Source: Raillietiella orientalis
Lineage: Eukaryota
NCBI GenBank assembly: GCA_036172245.1
Contig: JAYWIR010000065.1
Coordinates: forward strand, 434,001 to 498,000
Direction of reading: 5' to 3'
Length of the DNA: 64,000 bases
Part shown: piece by piece, positions 25,773 through 40,119 of the stretch
How the letters are laid out: every line of letters starts with the position of its first letter
Numbering within the stretch: position 1 is the stretch's first letter
Position numbers and translations under genes: made by a program
Notes under the pieces: model-generated
Database searches by the model: none
What the model was told of the DNA's origin: nothing
Seen by the model: only the letters and a program-made list of their open reading frames with translations

Positions 25773-27599
25773 CACAGGCATCTCATATCTCCTTGATGGA
25801 GACCCACCATCTCCGATCTTTCCTGCTTTGCACAAAAGGCATTGCTCACTTGCGGACACCTGAAGTTGCATCCTTGGAACTGGAGCTTTCAACCGAACAT
25901 TCTCCACCCTGAGAACGAATGAGAGCATCTTGCCGTCCCCTGCCGGGGTGATGAGAGACTCCTCACTGAGACTAAGACTGCGGACATTCCCTAGATGTGT
26001 CCGTCCTCAATTTTCATCCTTCTCTGGACCCCCTGAACCATCGGGGCGCCTTCCGTGTGCTTACTGGGATGCTGTTTCTTCGCAGGACGGATCTTCCTTC
26101 TCAAGACCCTTCCTGCTTGTGGGACCGGCTTTCGAGGGGTTCTGCTCCTCACCCTTTCCCATGGCCATGGATCGATGGAATAGGCCGTGCCTTGGGGAAG
26201 GAGGAAGCACTGTACCAATGAACTCGTGCTCGATCGCTCTTCAAAAAGGGGCGGAAAATCCACAAAAAGCCGCCAGGGCTGCAGAACCATAGTGATCCGT
26301 TTGTGGTGTGGCACCTTGACGACGACACCTGAAGGGTGGTGCATGGAAGAGTCCCTCTAATACTCTGCACCAAGAGAACCACACGGCGGACGCTTTGCTC
26401 TACGACTCCCGAAAGCCTGCACGACTCTTCCCCTCTCCTCGGCGCGAGGGAGAAGGTAAGGGACCTCCGGAAATGGGAAAGCGAGAGATAACCATTCTTC
26501 CTTCCTTGGAAAAGGATCCTTGTCTTTGCTTTCTGCCTCTCAGGAGAAACAAGATGAAACAACAGCGTGTATCTTCGTGACACGCACGGATCTCTTCTTC
26601 CCGGGACCCAAAAGCTGGTTGCGCAGTGACAGGCAGCCCAACGGCGCTCTCGAGGAATAGTCCGACAGCAGCTTCCGATACCCTCGAATGTTCTTCACTT
26701 CCCTTTCAGACCTCCTCTCTTCATCTGCCTCTCCTCTCGACTACCTGACGTCCACGGGAGAGATCATGGAAAAGGACTTTTGGCCAGATGCCTCCACATC
26801 TGGGAGGCGGAACATTTGGAACATCGGGTGTCGCGATCTGCGCTTCCGTCCCTGGGAAAGCAAGCCGATCCCATCTTCCCACGAACGGATCCCAGTTCTT
26901 GAGAAGTTTCCTGCGCAGTGCCTCCCGCCACAGCCCCAGGGTGGGGACTTCGTTTGCTCACGTTAGCGCGTGGGTGTTGGCAAGCGAGCGAGAGATCCGG
27001 TATCAAGAGAGGAGTGAGAAAACCTTAATTTCCCCGCCTCTTGGCTATGACTGCCGCAATTTTTCGGATGAGAAGGAGGGGAGGGCGGCTGTCCACCCCC
27101 TCCCCTTCTCAACGGATCCTCTTCCTTCGTTTCCTTTCCAGCCACGCCCATCGAGTAACACGCGTACCCTGTTGGGGCCTTGGCGGTCACAACAAGTGGG
27201 TGCCACCCACTTCATCGAGAGTCGCGGCATCTAGGATGGCGCTGAGGACTACCTGTCCACCCTGAAGTGGTTGATCACTCGGGCCATTCCGGCCCGTTTG
27301 CTGATCCGCGAAGAGGCAGCACGGCCACCTCCTCTCCTCAGAAAGGCGGCTTAGAATCATCCTGGATGTGTTACGGCTCCCACTATTTTTTCCCCTCTTT
27401 CCCACCTCTGCCTCCTTTCCCACTTCTTCCCCACCCCCGCCACTGGGAAAAAGCAAGCGTCGGATGCTCATGCTCTTCCCTACGACATCTCCCGCGACTG
27501 CGCCGCCGTGCTCGGGAGGATGTCCGGGAAGCTCGCAGCAAACAGAAAGCAAACGAGTGCCAATGAGTGGTGTTCGGATCTAAGAACACCACATGGAAC

Positions 27600-29800
27600 T
27601 AAGCGGCTCCCGAAAGAGGTTGCTGAGTCGTGCCGCCAATCCACGGCAGATCCCAATCTTCCTGGGCAGGATCTGCGCCGCCTCCGCCTTCTCAAGAATC
27701 CTTCTTTCCCCGATCCGAAAGAGCAAGTTCGAGAGAGGGCGCAGGATGCGACCGCGCTTCCAGGGGAACCGGTCACGTCCTGGGGGCGGCGGAAGTAAGG
27801 AAGGAGCTCTTTCCTGCGGGGAAAGAGCTCCTTGGGAACGGAACGCGCTCCCCGAGGCGCGGCTCTTTGTGGATAAGGCAGCCGCTTCCTTCGTCCCTTC
27901 TGTCCCCTGCCTTTTAGTCCCTTCCTGTCGGAGAGCAGCCGATCCCTCTCTTCACCCTGCCAGCCGCAGAAGCTCACCGTGCCATTCGCCGGTGCCTCAG
28001 GCGTACGGGTCACGAGGAAAAGTGGTGTTCCGGATCTGTCGCCGCTTAGGCGGCTCTGCGGCCGGCAGCGGAACCGAACTGGACGCCCGTTCACCTCCGT
28101 TCTTCATGAGCGCTGCGTTCCCGTGGGAAAGACGAATGGAGCTTCCAGACTGCGAAAGAAAGGACCTGCGAAAGTCGGGAAGCGCAGACGAGCAGGCGGC
28201 TGGGGTAACGAGCTGCGGCGTTCTTCGCTGTGAAGGGAAAACACCTGCCCCTAGTGGAAAGCCCCATTGGCGGCCAAGATGCCCACCCTAATGCTTATGC
28301 CAGGGAACGCTCCGACGACCCAATTGACGATCGCTTCGTGCGCGTGCCCTCTTCCTCCTACCCACATGATTCCCTTGGAAGAGAGGGAATCTCCCTCTCG
28401 GGAGCGAACGTCCGGAGCCCCTCATCCCCCCAGGAAACGAAGGTTACATTCCGCTCTTCCTGATGAGACGCTGAAGATGCTGGAGAGCGACATCTTCCGG
28501 CTGAGTTGAAAGCGCGGACGTCGATGGGGGAAGAAGCTCCGGCGATTGTGTCGCCCGCACTTCGCTGCCGGAGGCGCTCCGGAAGACCCTTCCGTTTTTC
28601 CAAGGATTCTGGCTTCCGCTCTGCAACGTCGTCCGACGATACTCCTTCTCCGTGGAGCGCGCTCTCTTCACTTGACGGGCACCATTCCCTTCTTGCCAGG
28701 AGGTCTGTTCACCCCCTCCACGCAGGTTCCCTGAGGGATCCAGTGCATCGCCCACACCTCCGACCGGCTTCTGGCACGCCTTTCCTGGATGCTCTTTGCC
28801 GTGTGGATGTGGAGGGTCCCACGTATCCTTCCTTCCGTTCCCGAAGCCGCGCAAAGGTTCGTCGCTCCTTCTGGGCTCGCGACGCCCCCCCCCCCCCCCC
28901 GAGTGCGGACGACAGACGAGGTCCGCTCCGCGAGATGGCGCGCGCTCCTTCGTACAGGACGAGGGAGAGGGAGGACGCGAGCGGTGGCGTGAGTCGAGAA
29001 TCCGTGCCGCGACGGGGAAGAGGAAGCGGCGTCAGGAACCGTGCATCGCTTCTCCTACGAGAAACCCCCACCGACCTCTGGTCCTTCGACGTTCCGTTGG
29101 GGAAGGAGGGCTAGAAAGTCCTCCGCACGCAAAGCGGAGGCGCGGCGGATTCTGGCAGGCGTCCAGGACTCCTCGGGAAGGATCACGCGCATCCACGCCC
29201 TCTCGACGCAGACGAATGGGAAGTCCAACCCTTCGAAGGGGCGGAGGAGGGCAGAGAGCCCTGCATCTGACGGCTGGGATCACACGGTTCCCCGAACGCA
29301 TCCAGCCGGGAAGGTCGCGGAACCCGCCTCTCGCTCCTTGCTTGCGGACTCGCCGCCGTGTCGCTCCGGGAAGCAGCTCCTGGCGAGAAGACCTTCCGTC
29401 CAAGGGTAGCCGAGAAAACAAATACCCCGGAGCTGCGGTTCCAACGCGAGGTCTGTGACCCCCAAAGCGGAGGAGCCCGCACGCTCAACTCCTCACGATC
29501 CCACGATTGCTTGGCTTCTCATCTCCGGCACCTCCTTCGTTCGACCCTCACTGCGCTCTTCCCTGGGCCACAAGAGGACCCGAACTTTCCAGCAGCGCCA
29601 TGTCCCTTCCCTCCCGCCTTCTTCGGCTCGGGACCCCTCCACTGGTGGACCCTACCGCGCCTGTAATCCGCTCGGCCTGCGGTCAAGTCTCTTCGGCGCC
29701 CGGTTCCCTCCTCATGTCGCAGGGCGCTCCCGAGATCAAGTGGCGCGTAGGCGCTCAGACTTGGCTTCTCACTTGTGGCTGCACCGGGCCTCCTGCCTTT
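27600..29800 (-). mobile_element. GC-rich block, probably old non-LTR ORF2 remnants
   Basis: Minus strand LSAYA (YADD-like), SWDREELSVRA and PPLRRVGLP (GGLGLP-like) in the expected order; heavily frameshifted. Confidence 0.3.
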
Positions 29801-31397
29801 TCAGAAAGCTCACTTTGTAATCACAAGTCGTGATCGGCGGCATCTTTGGCAAGACAACGGGAAGATTCGGCTGTGCGACGGATGCGCAAGAAGCTGAAAG
29901 CTGGGGAAAGCAGTTCGTGGCGCGAAGGAAGGGCACTCTTCTGTTCCGGAGAACACTTTCCAGAGGAACTGCGCTAATGGATCACTCACTTTACTCGGAA
30001 GCGCAGTCCACTCCGGCATTAATCATGATTTTTCCCACTCACGAAAGAAAGTTCTCATCCCGACAAGGAAACGATCGACGCGAAGTCCAAGATTTAAAAA
30101 ATAATGAACAGAAAGTTTACAACGACGACAACGGGGGGAGGGGGGAGAGAGAAGAAGAAACCATTCTCGCTCTTAGATGGCGTATCCACTGAAAAATTAC
30201 GATACCCCTCATGAGAGAAAATGCAAAAGTTTTAGAGATGCAAAAAGGAGGGCAACCACACGCCTCGCAGCCGCCGCCACCATGGTGCTTTACGTTACGC
30301 TACTCCCAAGTAAGACGACCGAAGGTGCCCTGTTCGGAAGAATTCCGTAAATTCTGTGCTTCGCACAGTACAATTCATATCTGCGATCTTCCACTCTGCC
30401 TTTCCCGCAGCTCACTGAGTAAGGAGAAAAGGACGCAAGCAGCGAATGCATCCACACGTGTCACCTGTTTTCGTTATGCAGAACACTCCCAAAGAAAGGA
30501 GGAGGTGGCTACACCAAAATATGCTTGCTGTTGGCTGTGGCAAAATCCGGTGTTCCTATCTGGCACAACCGTAAGGGAAACACGGTGCGGGGTGACGCGG
30601 CATGGATGAGATACGAGTGGGAAGATGTAGCAGAAACAACAGACTCGGTAACACACACACGTCCAAAGCGAGAAAGTCCCCCCCACCCCCACCCCACCCC
30701 AAAAAAAAAAAAGCAAATGTCAGTAATAATGATGGCAGCGGTTCCTGAATCAGTGACCCAAATCAATCAGACGGAGTGCAAAATTCTTATAACGAATGGA
30801 AGTGCATCTGGATCTGATATGATTACGACCGTAAGATCTGCTACTTACGTGAAAACAAGCAGGGGTTTGGAAGTAACGGGAAACGGGGGTGATTCTAGAA
30901 TTCGCTTCCATGGCAGATGCCGTTTCCACAAAGGCATTTGCAGCCGTCAACTCGGCGCTTCGTGCAAACGTGAAGATTTGCCATGCAGCAACAGCACACA
31001 TGCATGTGAGGACCGCAGAGACATGCCCTCAAGGTTACTCTGCGTGACACCATCCCTCCTTGTTTTGATCCCCGGTGTGAAAAGCGTACACTTCGAGATC
31101 GGGATAGCCTACCGGACCTATTTTCACTCTCGAGAAAAAAAAAAAAAAAAAAAAAAAAAGGAACGGAAACCAGAGATCTGGTCGTTTTCGAGGAAGATAA
31201 TCCAAGAGTAATTCCGTCTTGCAAAGATCCACAAAGGTTCGCTCGCGAATTACAGTGCAGCTAAGTTGGGATCTTTTTTTTTTCTTCCTTTTTTTTTTTT
31301 TCCAGGCATCATCCTCTCATGTTGAAGATCACTTGCACTTGAGGATAATTTGAAAACTGGGGCGAAATCGATATCCGAATCGCAGGATTGCGTAACG

Positions 31398-31401
<4 letters not shown>

Positions 31402-31444
<43 letters not shown>
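31402..31444. repeat. (CA)n microsatellite, ~21 units
   Basis: Read directly from the sequence. Confidence 0.97.
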
Positions 31445-31446
<2 letters not shown>

Positions 31447-34400
31447 GGAGGGGGGAGGGAAAGAAGGGGAAAAAAAAACAAGAGAACAAAGTTTTCACGA
31501 AAAGCCAAAAAAGCTTACCTGACCAGAAAGTGGGGCCGGCTGGGAACGGAGGAGAGACTTCCCGATAAAGGCCTTCTACGTGCTCGCTGCAGCAATAACT
31601 CACAAAGTGGAAGTATAACGTTTTTATAAACAGGGCTTTCGCAGGTGTACCGCATGAGCTATTTTCACAGGCATACCTGCTGACCTCTAGCGTGATAAGC
31701 TGTACGTAAACCACTGGAAGCATCCTCCTTATTAGTGCATGACATCAGAAATTCACACCCCATGGGTTTTCGTGGAAGGAACCGTTTCCTTTTCAATGAA
31801 CAGCACCCCTTCTGGTAAAAGGTAGCGTATTTCACTGGGAAGCAGGAGGAAAAAAGGACGAAGGACTCTTCGTAGGGCGTGTGGGAATGCTTCCTGGATC
31901 GTGCGTTTCCTAGAGGGAAGCAGCATTCTGGAAGATGCTCGGCTTATCTACATATCACATGCACAGAGGAAAGGGAAGCATTCCAAAACCTACAGTGGTG
32001 TTGAGCTTGGAACACTGCGGTGTTAGCCACTTTCCATGATACACGGGCGTTCTCATATGCTCATTTTTTTTTACTGAAATCACGTGAACCGATCTTTCCG
32101 CTCATGGACCTCCTTTTCATCTCATGGCTCCTCGAAGTGCTGCATAAGAAGACCAGTTTCATTTTTCTCCTGATCAGGAAAGTAAGAAAATAAATACATG
32201 CTCGTGGCAAGTTGTAATTCGGCACAAAACACATGGAAAACAAGAACACAGCATTTAAGAGTTGACAGGAGGCAATGCCCGAATAGGAACAACTCGAAGT
32301 TACGACCGAAAATTGGATACCACTGCTAGACATAGGTTACGGCAAATTTCCATTTCTTTCATGAGGCAGGAGAAAATCAAACGTGCGAAAAGAACACACC
32401 AGTACCTAATAATTAGCATTTCATGCTCTGAAGACATATGAAGATTTACTGCGTACGGATTACCTCGTATGCATGTACAATTGCCAAACGGAAATCAATT
32501 TGCGAAAGCAGCGCTTATGGCGTTCCATGCTAATCGTGTGCTCCTGGAAAGACGGCAGCAGGGAATAAATCGAAGTCTTCTGAATGACTCGTTTAAAACG
32601 GGGAGGAGGAAAAGTACGTTGGTTACTGCATCTGCCTCCAAAACCTAAGGAGGATGCTGCAATCGGCGTATCGTAATTTAACAAACGGTTCGACATCTCG
32701 ATTGAATAACACTCGGAGCGCACTGAAAGTCACCTTTCCATTGGTGGATCCCACGATTTCTGCCAGAAGCATGAGAGATGTTGGGTTTCATGATGCGGAC
32801 GCAGTTTCCCATCTGCGAGTTCTCTTGCACACCTATTTCGAATTAAAAGAAAACATTGTGTGTTGAACCCTGTCTGTCTCATTCCAGTTGCTTACGGTGG
32901 TTCCCATCTTGGAATTTTAATGCTGCTTGGAAACTGCGGAAACCAAGCATCTCCCCAGCTGCCCCTCTCGCGTGCATATCTTACAGTAAGCAATGTAAGA
33001 AATACGTTGCAGTTTGTTTGCAAGACAGGACTCTGCTAGGAGCATAAAATTTGAAGCGCATCTCGATAGATGTAAAGATATCTTATATATAAATAGGAGA
33101 AAAAATCATTCCTCAAAATAGTTTGCCATTTTTCTACAGAATCGTTTCGAAAAAGCAAAGAAAGAAAGATGTTTGATGAGGAGGTCCCAGATAATAGCGG
33201 TGACGAGGAAAAGAGCAAACAAACTTTCAGAATCCGAAATGAGGCGTAGCTGTACCACTCAATCCATGGAACATGATATCATCAAAAACAACTTTGTCCT
33301 GGAAACCGAAGCAGCAGCAGGCCGCAGCTCTGGTTTGGAGGAAACCAAGAGAACTGAACTACTTGTACAATAGTCGGACCTTGAGCAAACAAACGCCTTC
33401 GTGAGAAAGAACTGTGAACATTGCCCGGACGGAATGGTGTGACAACGATAGGATGCTGAAAATGAAAGAAAAACTGTGGGGAAAGGGAAACGCACGTCAT
33501 ATCCTTTAGGCCTTTTCCATGCGAAATACACTTCACACTCTTGAATGATTTTCGTGAGCTCGGCCTAACAAACGGAAGCTGGGAACGTCCTAGTTCTCAA
33601 CACTCCGGTTTCTGAGAGTCGACGTTGGACTCTCCAGAGGCGTTAGGAGTGGAATGCGCCATTCGAGAGAAGAAGAAAATGCCGTCTCTGTCTCCTAGCG
33701 GTCACATTTTACGATTCCTTTTCATCATCTGGGGCATGGGAGCGAGACAAACTTTCGTTTTTCATTTCGGTATGATTCCACTGTCCCGCATTCCCAGTGC
33801 CACCCGCCGAGTGAGTGGAGATAAAAAAAGGACACGAGGTACGATTGCGGAAGCTGTATCTTCCGAATCGAACGGCCACTAAACGAAGGCAATCGAGAGT
33901 GGCGGATAACGGGCATTCAGACTCTGTGCACTGGAGTGTTACGTAATAACAGATACTGGCGGTGAGCACCTTTGCGGGTGTCTTAATTCGCTGGCAGCAT
34001 GCTAGTTGCTCTCGCGCTCCTAAACCAGCATATCCTCCGTCCCGCGATACACTGGCAAAATGCCTCCACAAAAGCCTCCAGCTGTCTCCGTGTGGTCTCA
34101 CCAAAAAGTTTCCAGTTCGCTGCCGAACCCGATCTCTCGCAAGCGCGCCCGGACAATGAATTTCTAGTGATGGCTGAGAGGTGGTGATTATCAAGATTCC
34201 GCCGATACAAGATATCATCCTTGTCAATCAGCGGAATCCCCACACGTGTGAGATTTTACAGCTTCACAGCTTCCCCTTTTCAACCAGTGATTGAGACTTG
34301 GTCAAAAGTCTCCGTTGACCGCGTCCAATCTGTCAGGCCGAAGACCGCACAGTGCACCCGTGTTAGATGTGAAGACTGAGGAAGAAAAAACAAAAGAAAC

Positions 34401-34615
34401 CGGCTGACAATCAGGAACCTCTCGGGCACAAGAAATACAAAAGACGGGCAGATACACCGTCAAGAAAAAATGCATAGTACAGAAACATACATGAAATATA
34501 GAAACAGAATTCCCAGGGGTCCATATGTGAAGAAGTGAGAGGAGCAAAACGTCCTTCACCACTGCACGATCAACAACGTCACCAGACGTGTCGTGGTGAA
34601 CTCTCCGAAAAGTTG

Positions 34616-35842
34616 AAAAGAACGACAGCCGAGCACGGGGAGATGCTGGCGTCAAACCTGCCGATTCTCAAAGCGGACTCCGGACTCCTCCTCCCACCCG
34701 ACCTGGTAATGGCAACATACATCTTTGATCATCTTTTTGCTGTTGCTGCTAATAAAACACTTTGCTGCTAATGATCATTTGGACCGAGAATTTCCTCTCA
34801 GTCCAAATGATTTCAGGGATTTCGAAATCCGAATCTGCCTTCATGGAGGATGAAGCGAAATGGCCATGCTTGCTGGGCTGTGCGGCAAGAGCATCCGTAC
34901 GCCGCTTCTTCTCTTTGGATGTCTTGCATCTCTAGGTAAAAATCGACTGCACCCCCTGCTGGATTTTTCTTCTCGAGCGCAACATGCGTCAGGGCTGCAT
35001 TTGGATGCACCCTTGCAAGATCCTTGGAAATGAACCCCACAGAAGGCTACGGAGAACACATAGGGTCTTGAGGGAACCTTGGAGACCATGCATCCAACAA
35101 GGGACGAATCGTATTCTCCGCTGGCAGTCTCGTTCCCCGTCTTCATTCCTCTTTTTCTAGCCCCTCTTTCTTTTTTTTCATTCCTCTTTTATTCCTTCTC
35201 TTTCTTGTCCTCTTTTTATTCCTCTTGGTTGCTTCATCCAATATCTCCCGAGTATCTGCCACGCATCCATGTCACAGGAGCTGCTTTTGAATCATGACTA
35301 GACTGATTAGGAAAAGGAAGCCTGTAGGGTCCGCGGGTTGCCGAAGAGGCATGCTGCAACGAGTTCGAACGTGAATGTCCTTGGTGGACAGCATGCCCAG
35401 CTGTGCGGTAACCACATGAATCCGTGCTTTGCATGTTGTTTTCGTATTTGCCTTTTTGATCTGCTGCTGAGCCATGGAGCCCAAGAACAGAAAGGTGTTC
35501 TTGCTTAATCCGAGGCTTCTCAAGGGCGTTCCTTGGAAGCTGTAAAATGATTGCAGTACTTGGAGACATGGCAGTTCCGTCTCTGTGCGCCTACTCGGAG
35601 CACAGCTGCCGTCCTGGTTGGGATTTGCTTCCCTCGGTTTTCGAAGGGAACCAACAGATGGAGTAAAACAGCTTCCTGGTTTCCCTTGCCTGGAAACAGT
35701 ATTCCAGCACCTTTGTGACAGCTCAAGTAAAAGTACTTCCTAAAAAAGCTAAAAAGAACGACAGCCGAGCAAGGGGAGATGCTGGCTTAAAACGCGCCAA
35801 TCCTCGAAGCGGACTTCGGTCTCCTCCTCCGACCTGACCTGG
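34616..35842 (+). repeat. ~90-bp direct repeat pair (34616-34706 and 35752-35842)
   Basis: AAAAGAACGACAGCCGAGCA(C/A)GGGGAGATGCTGGC...AAGCGGACT(C/T)CGG(A/T)CTCCTCCTCC..GACCTGG occurs in both places. Confidence 0.85.
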
Positions 35843-38800
35843 AATTGTAGAGTGAAGAGCGAGTGGCCATATGCGGAGTCCTCGAAGTCCTTTGTGCCAT
35901 AAAAGAGATCCAACGGCAACAGAAGAAGGGAAAAGTTTCGCTCTGCTCTCAGCACGTACCCTTGGGGTGAGATTCCTCGATGGATGTACCCAAGTCCTCA
36001 GAGTACTCGGAACCTCACGGAGCAGAGCAATAAACTCTGGAAAGGAAGATAGTGGAAATCAGCAGGATTTGGCACTCCTAGATGACCTATCGAATTCACC
36101 GAATAACTCACTGCCGAGGGTCCTGCAGGCCAACAACCAGACGATACGTAAACGAAGGTGGAAAAAGTTCCCCCTCCCCCCGGACGTTTTCTTTGCAACC
36201 CACAATAGGTATCTCCGTTTGCAAATTTTTTTAAGTAAGAGACAGGATGGCAAGACGATGAAGTTGAGGAGACAGGAAGATCGTGCACGAAGGGGTGAGC
36301 GGATGCGTCTCAAGGAGTAATCCTTTTAGCCACAGCCATTGGTTCATCCTCTTCCTCTCTTCCTCATTCAAATGGCACGGGACCTCTAGTCTCATGGTGA
36401 AATGGGCCGTGGTTGATCGCTGGTTACGCGAAATCTCTCGATCTCCAGAGGTGCTTCTGGAATCCTCACAGCATCTTGTCCGTGGACCTGAGAAAATCTT
36501 GCCTGCCGATTCTGCAAGGGCTTCATCTCACTCAATCTCATTTCCAGACTGTCAGGGGACCCAGGACGAACCGAACTGGGATGGAGATTGTCTGAAAGAA
36601 CATCTTGCAGACGTTTTCGGTCTCATCTCGTTCTTTGCTTTTCTTCCCACAGGAATTTCCGATGGCGTTCCTGAATTGAATCACTCGGTGTGACGGTGAA
36701 GGGATGCACCTTGTTCAGCATTCAGTGCTTCATTGGCGAGGCGGAAAGGAGACAGCCTTGAGGAGGTTTTCCTACGCCTCAGCCTGGGGGTATGATTGCT
36801 TCAGGCATGCGGGACATCTTCAGCGCATTCAAGAGAACGCAGGAGGAGATTTCTGTTCGGAGATGCGGTGTCGCAGCACCCACAAGATGCGGCCCGATGC
36901 CGGTGTCTTCGACAGGTAAGGTGGACCACCTAGGAAACGTTTCTTGCAAGGAAACCACCATGAAGTCGAGCGAACAAGGGGTCTCATAGATCGCATGCCA
37001 CACTCTCCGAGTGTTGAACTACCTTCATCTGCAGGAACACATCCAAATTTCTTGCTCAGATCGAACAGCAGCTTCTTTCATCCAGCATCATTTGCTCTTT
37101 CCGCGCAAGCGGTCACCTGGCGATCGGAACAAAGCAGTAGGACGGGAGAGGTACATAAGAGAAATAGGGTGCGGAGATTTTCCCTTGATTCCATGACTTT
37201 GGGGCGACAGCCAGTGAGTTCCGAAAGAGGCAAAAAAACAGAAACATTCCCTGGAGTTCCGTGGTGCCTCCCTCCTTGATGAGCCGTAGCAGCGTGTTGC
37301 CGCCTCTGCTGATCGCGTCTAGTGGCCCGAGAGGGGAAGGGAAAAGTCGAAGGCGTAAGAGGAAGAATCGGTTAAGTTGGCTCCAAAGAGCAACTAGAAA
37401 CTCTCCCCCATCTTCCGGTGTGGGCAGGAAGGATCCGGAGTGGAAGACGCATTAAAGTTTCACTTTCGTGGGTCCCGATGCACGCGTTCGATCCTCCGGA
37501 CCCACTCGAAGGGAGCGCTATAGGTTCCCCGGGACTTAGAAGCTCGTTGCCGTAGCTGCAGACAGCGAGCAGTCTCTCGAACCGATCGGCAGGCCGCTCT
37601 CTTGGGAGGTGGACCTGGATGTATCTTCCTTCCTCGACTGCCTTCCTAGTGGCACCCCGTTGGGTGAGTGTGAGTGACTTCAATCCCTTTGTACCACGGT
37701 CACCCGCTCCACCTTTACTCTCGTTCCTGAGCGAGGTATTCCCTAGGCAATGAAAGCCCGGAAGATCCTTTCTGCTCCTTCCTTTCATCCCCATTGCTGC
37801 TTTCCCTCCTCCTGGTTTCCCCGGGAAACCGGAGACTCTGATCACGAGCGTCGCTTCCACTCCGCATCGGACCGACCTCCGCCTGCGAAAGTTTCGAGAA
37901 AATCTGGCAAGCCTCCGGAAAGCGTCAGGAAAGGAGACGTCCCTTCCGCTCTCCTTGTCTCCTATACAGAGGTTCCTTGCCGCTCCCCTGCTCCCGTAGG
38001 TCCGACTGCCTCCTAGAAATAGATTGCAGAGGAGGTTCAACGATCTCTCGCCTGATTGTCGCTTCCGTGGAAATACTAGAAATCCCGCGGCCATGGGACT
38101 CCCTCAGACGCCCCAACCGCCGCATTCCATGTGGCGGTTGTTTTCCCAGACCTCTTTAACAGGAAGGCGGCTCGCAGCCTCTGGATCCTCAGGAGCTCGG
38201 GGACGGTGCGACTGTGAAGTGCCATTCAGTTTGCACTTCAATCTCTCTCTCCTTCCGGAAGGGATGCTTCGCATCTTCCCCTATCCTCAGCAACCCTCTT
38301 GTTGGCGCCATCACGGATCCCTCTTCTTCAGTCGCCTTTTTTTCTTTCAGAGTGGAGTGGTTGCCGGCATCTAGTTCTACGGAGGCGAAGAGCTATGTTT
38401 TCGCACTTTCTCTTCTGCTTCTCCTTCGGGGAGGAAAAGGGGAGAGGGATATCCAAAGCGCTTCCAACGGCGATTCCGAACCTCCTAGACATGATTGTCG
38501 GGTCTTGCTGGAGCCGATGACCTGCACGCTTCCCCGCGAGCCAGAAGCAGCCTCAGCACCGAATCCCTCCCACGAAGCTGAAAGTCCTAATTGCTCCAGG
38601 ATGGAATTCGATGGCGAAGAGAAAGAACAAAGAAATTTTTTTTTTCCTGTCTCCCCGGTAAGCGCATAGACGCCAAACTCGGAGTATCCCGGAACAACAA
38701 ACGGAATTTCCCTATTCGCGACAGAACCCATTCCAGGACGAGGGACGCCCTTTGTCTCGGAATGAGGTCCGCCACGTTCCAGAGAGAGATTGCCTTGACA

Positions 38801-39320
38801 ACTTCTCCATCTCCAAAACCCTCGCAGCTCGGAAACCAAAGATCGAGCGGCATTCCCCTACTCCCCATCCTCTCTCTGAACGGCGCAGGGCAGGATGGAA
38901 ACCCAGAGACGCGCTCCTCGCTCTGTATGCATACCGGAAACGATCCGGGATCGCTTTTGCCTCCTGTTAGGAGCCCCTTCGCTGTCCAAGGACCTGCCTT
39001 CCGGTCCCATTTCCCGAAAAGAGCTCTGAAGCCCCTGTCGAATCAATAAGGATGTTTCCTGGTTGCCAATGTCAACGGCGTTTCTTTTTTTTTTTTGCCT
39101 CCTCCTCCTCTTTCGGGAAGACTCTTTCCGCTGTCTGCCCTCTTCCACTCCCTTGCTTCTTCGCGCTTGCGGAGACTCCCGACAACCGACTGGATGCCGC
39201 AGTGGGTGATGGATCTATGAGAGTTTTTCCTCTTGAAAAGCAGCGAGGGACAAGAAATCTTGTCCTGGAGATGGCCTGAGTCCAAGGGATTCCGGGATGG
39301 ACGCGGCGCGAAGCAAGACA
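35270..39320 (-). mobile_element. Decayed L1/Tx1-like ORF2 (APE endonuclease plus RT)
   Basis: In order on the minus strand: VDIGNQETS and FGVYALTGETGKKKFL (APE); HPISLM, GIGPHLVG..SSCVLLN and GVGKPPQGCLLS (RT QG motif); LRARSSCLLNFIVLP. Many stops and frameshifts. Confidence 0.55.
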
Positions 39321-40119
39321 AGACAGAGCGGAAGGGATACCTTTCAGGAGGTCTGCCCAGGAAGGGCAGGAAAGGGCACCGATGGCTTTTTCTGCACTCT
39401 CCTTTTCATAGCGAATGATGTTAGAACCCTCCTTGTCACAAAAGTGTCATTCTCTCACGCTCCCATCAGCACGTGACCCTTAGTGATCCATGGCTGACGC
39501 GGAGACGCTTCTCCCTCTCCACCCTCGCAGGAGCTACCTCGCTTTGGAGGCTGTTCGCGTTTTCCCTTTCCGGGAGCTGAATTCCTGGAAAGGGGAACTG
39601 CCGGAGCTTCCGAAAATCCTCGCGGTCCCTCCGACCAGAGATCCTCCGCGTCCGGGGAATCCGGGGCATGCTGTTTCCCGCGGCAGCGCACCATGCGTGT
39701 CCCTCATCCACAGGTGCCTCCTCCTTCGGCGCCACCGGCCCGCTTCACTCTTCCTTCGTTGTTTCGTTACGCGCAGGATCCACTCCGCCGCCTCGGCGTG
39801 AAGCTTTCGCCGCCTCCCGACCGGGATGAACCCGAGGATCAGGAGGGAGTGCGTCTCTGAGTCCTGCCTGCACCTTCTCTCTGGGATGGAGTAACTCTCC
39901 CCTAGGGAAAGCTCTTAAGTGTTGCCTAGCAGCAGCTTGCGCTAAACTCTGGCATTCCGTAGGTCCCGGTTTCCTGTCTGCGCTTTTGCAGCCCGAGAAC
40001 TTAGCAAGAGATGCTCAGAAAACCGAGTACTGCCGCGCTCCATAGGCGTAAAGAATGAACGCATGGATGGAGGAAAGAACGGAGAAAGGAAGAGGAAGAG
40101 GAATGAGAGTCTACCTGAT

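Noticed and set aside
26600..27250. Plus-strand APE-like remnant (MFFTSLSDLL)
   Set aside because: Only one loose motif; no GDFN or SDH recognised.
1..27300. Uniform minus-strand orientation of all TEs across the whole window
   Set aside because: Plus-strand RT-like remnants at ~3720-4200 and ~24910-25330 break the pattern; the bias is claimed only for the right part.
27480..29460. Long overlapping ORFs of 200-232 aa on both strands
   Set aside because: Arg/Pro/Gly-rich, open in several frames because of high GC, with no domain; more likely TE decay.
30525..31211. 228-aa ORF
   Set aside because: Non-ATG start, runs through homopolymer tracts, no recognisable domain.
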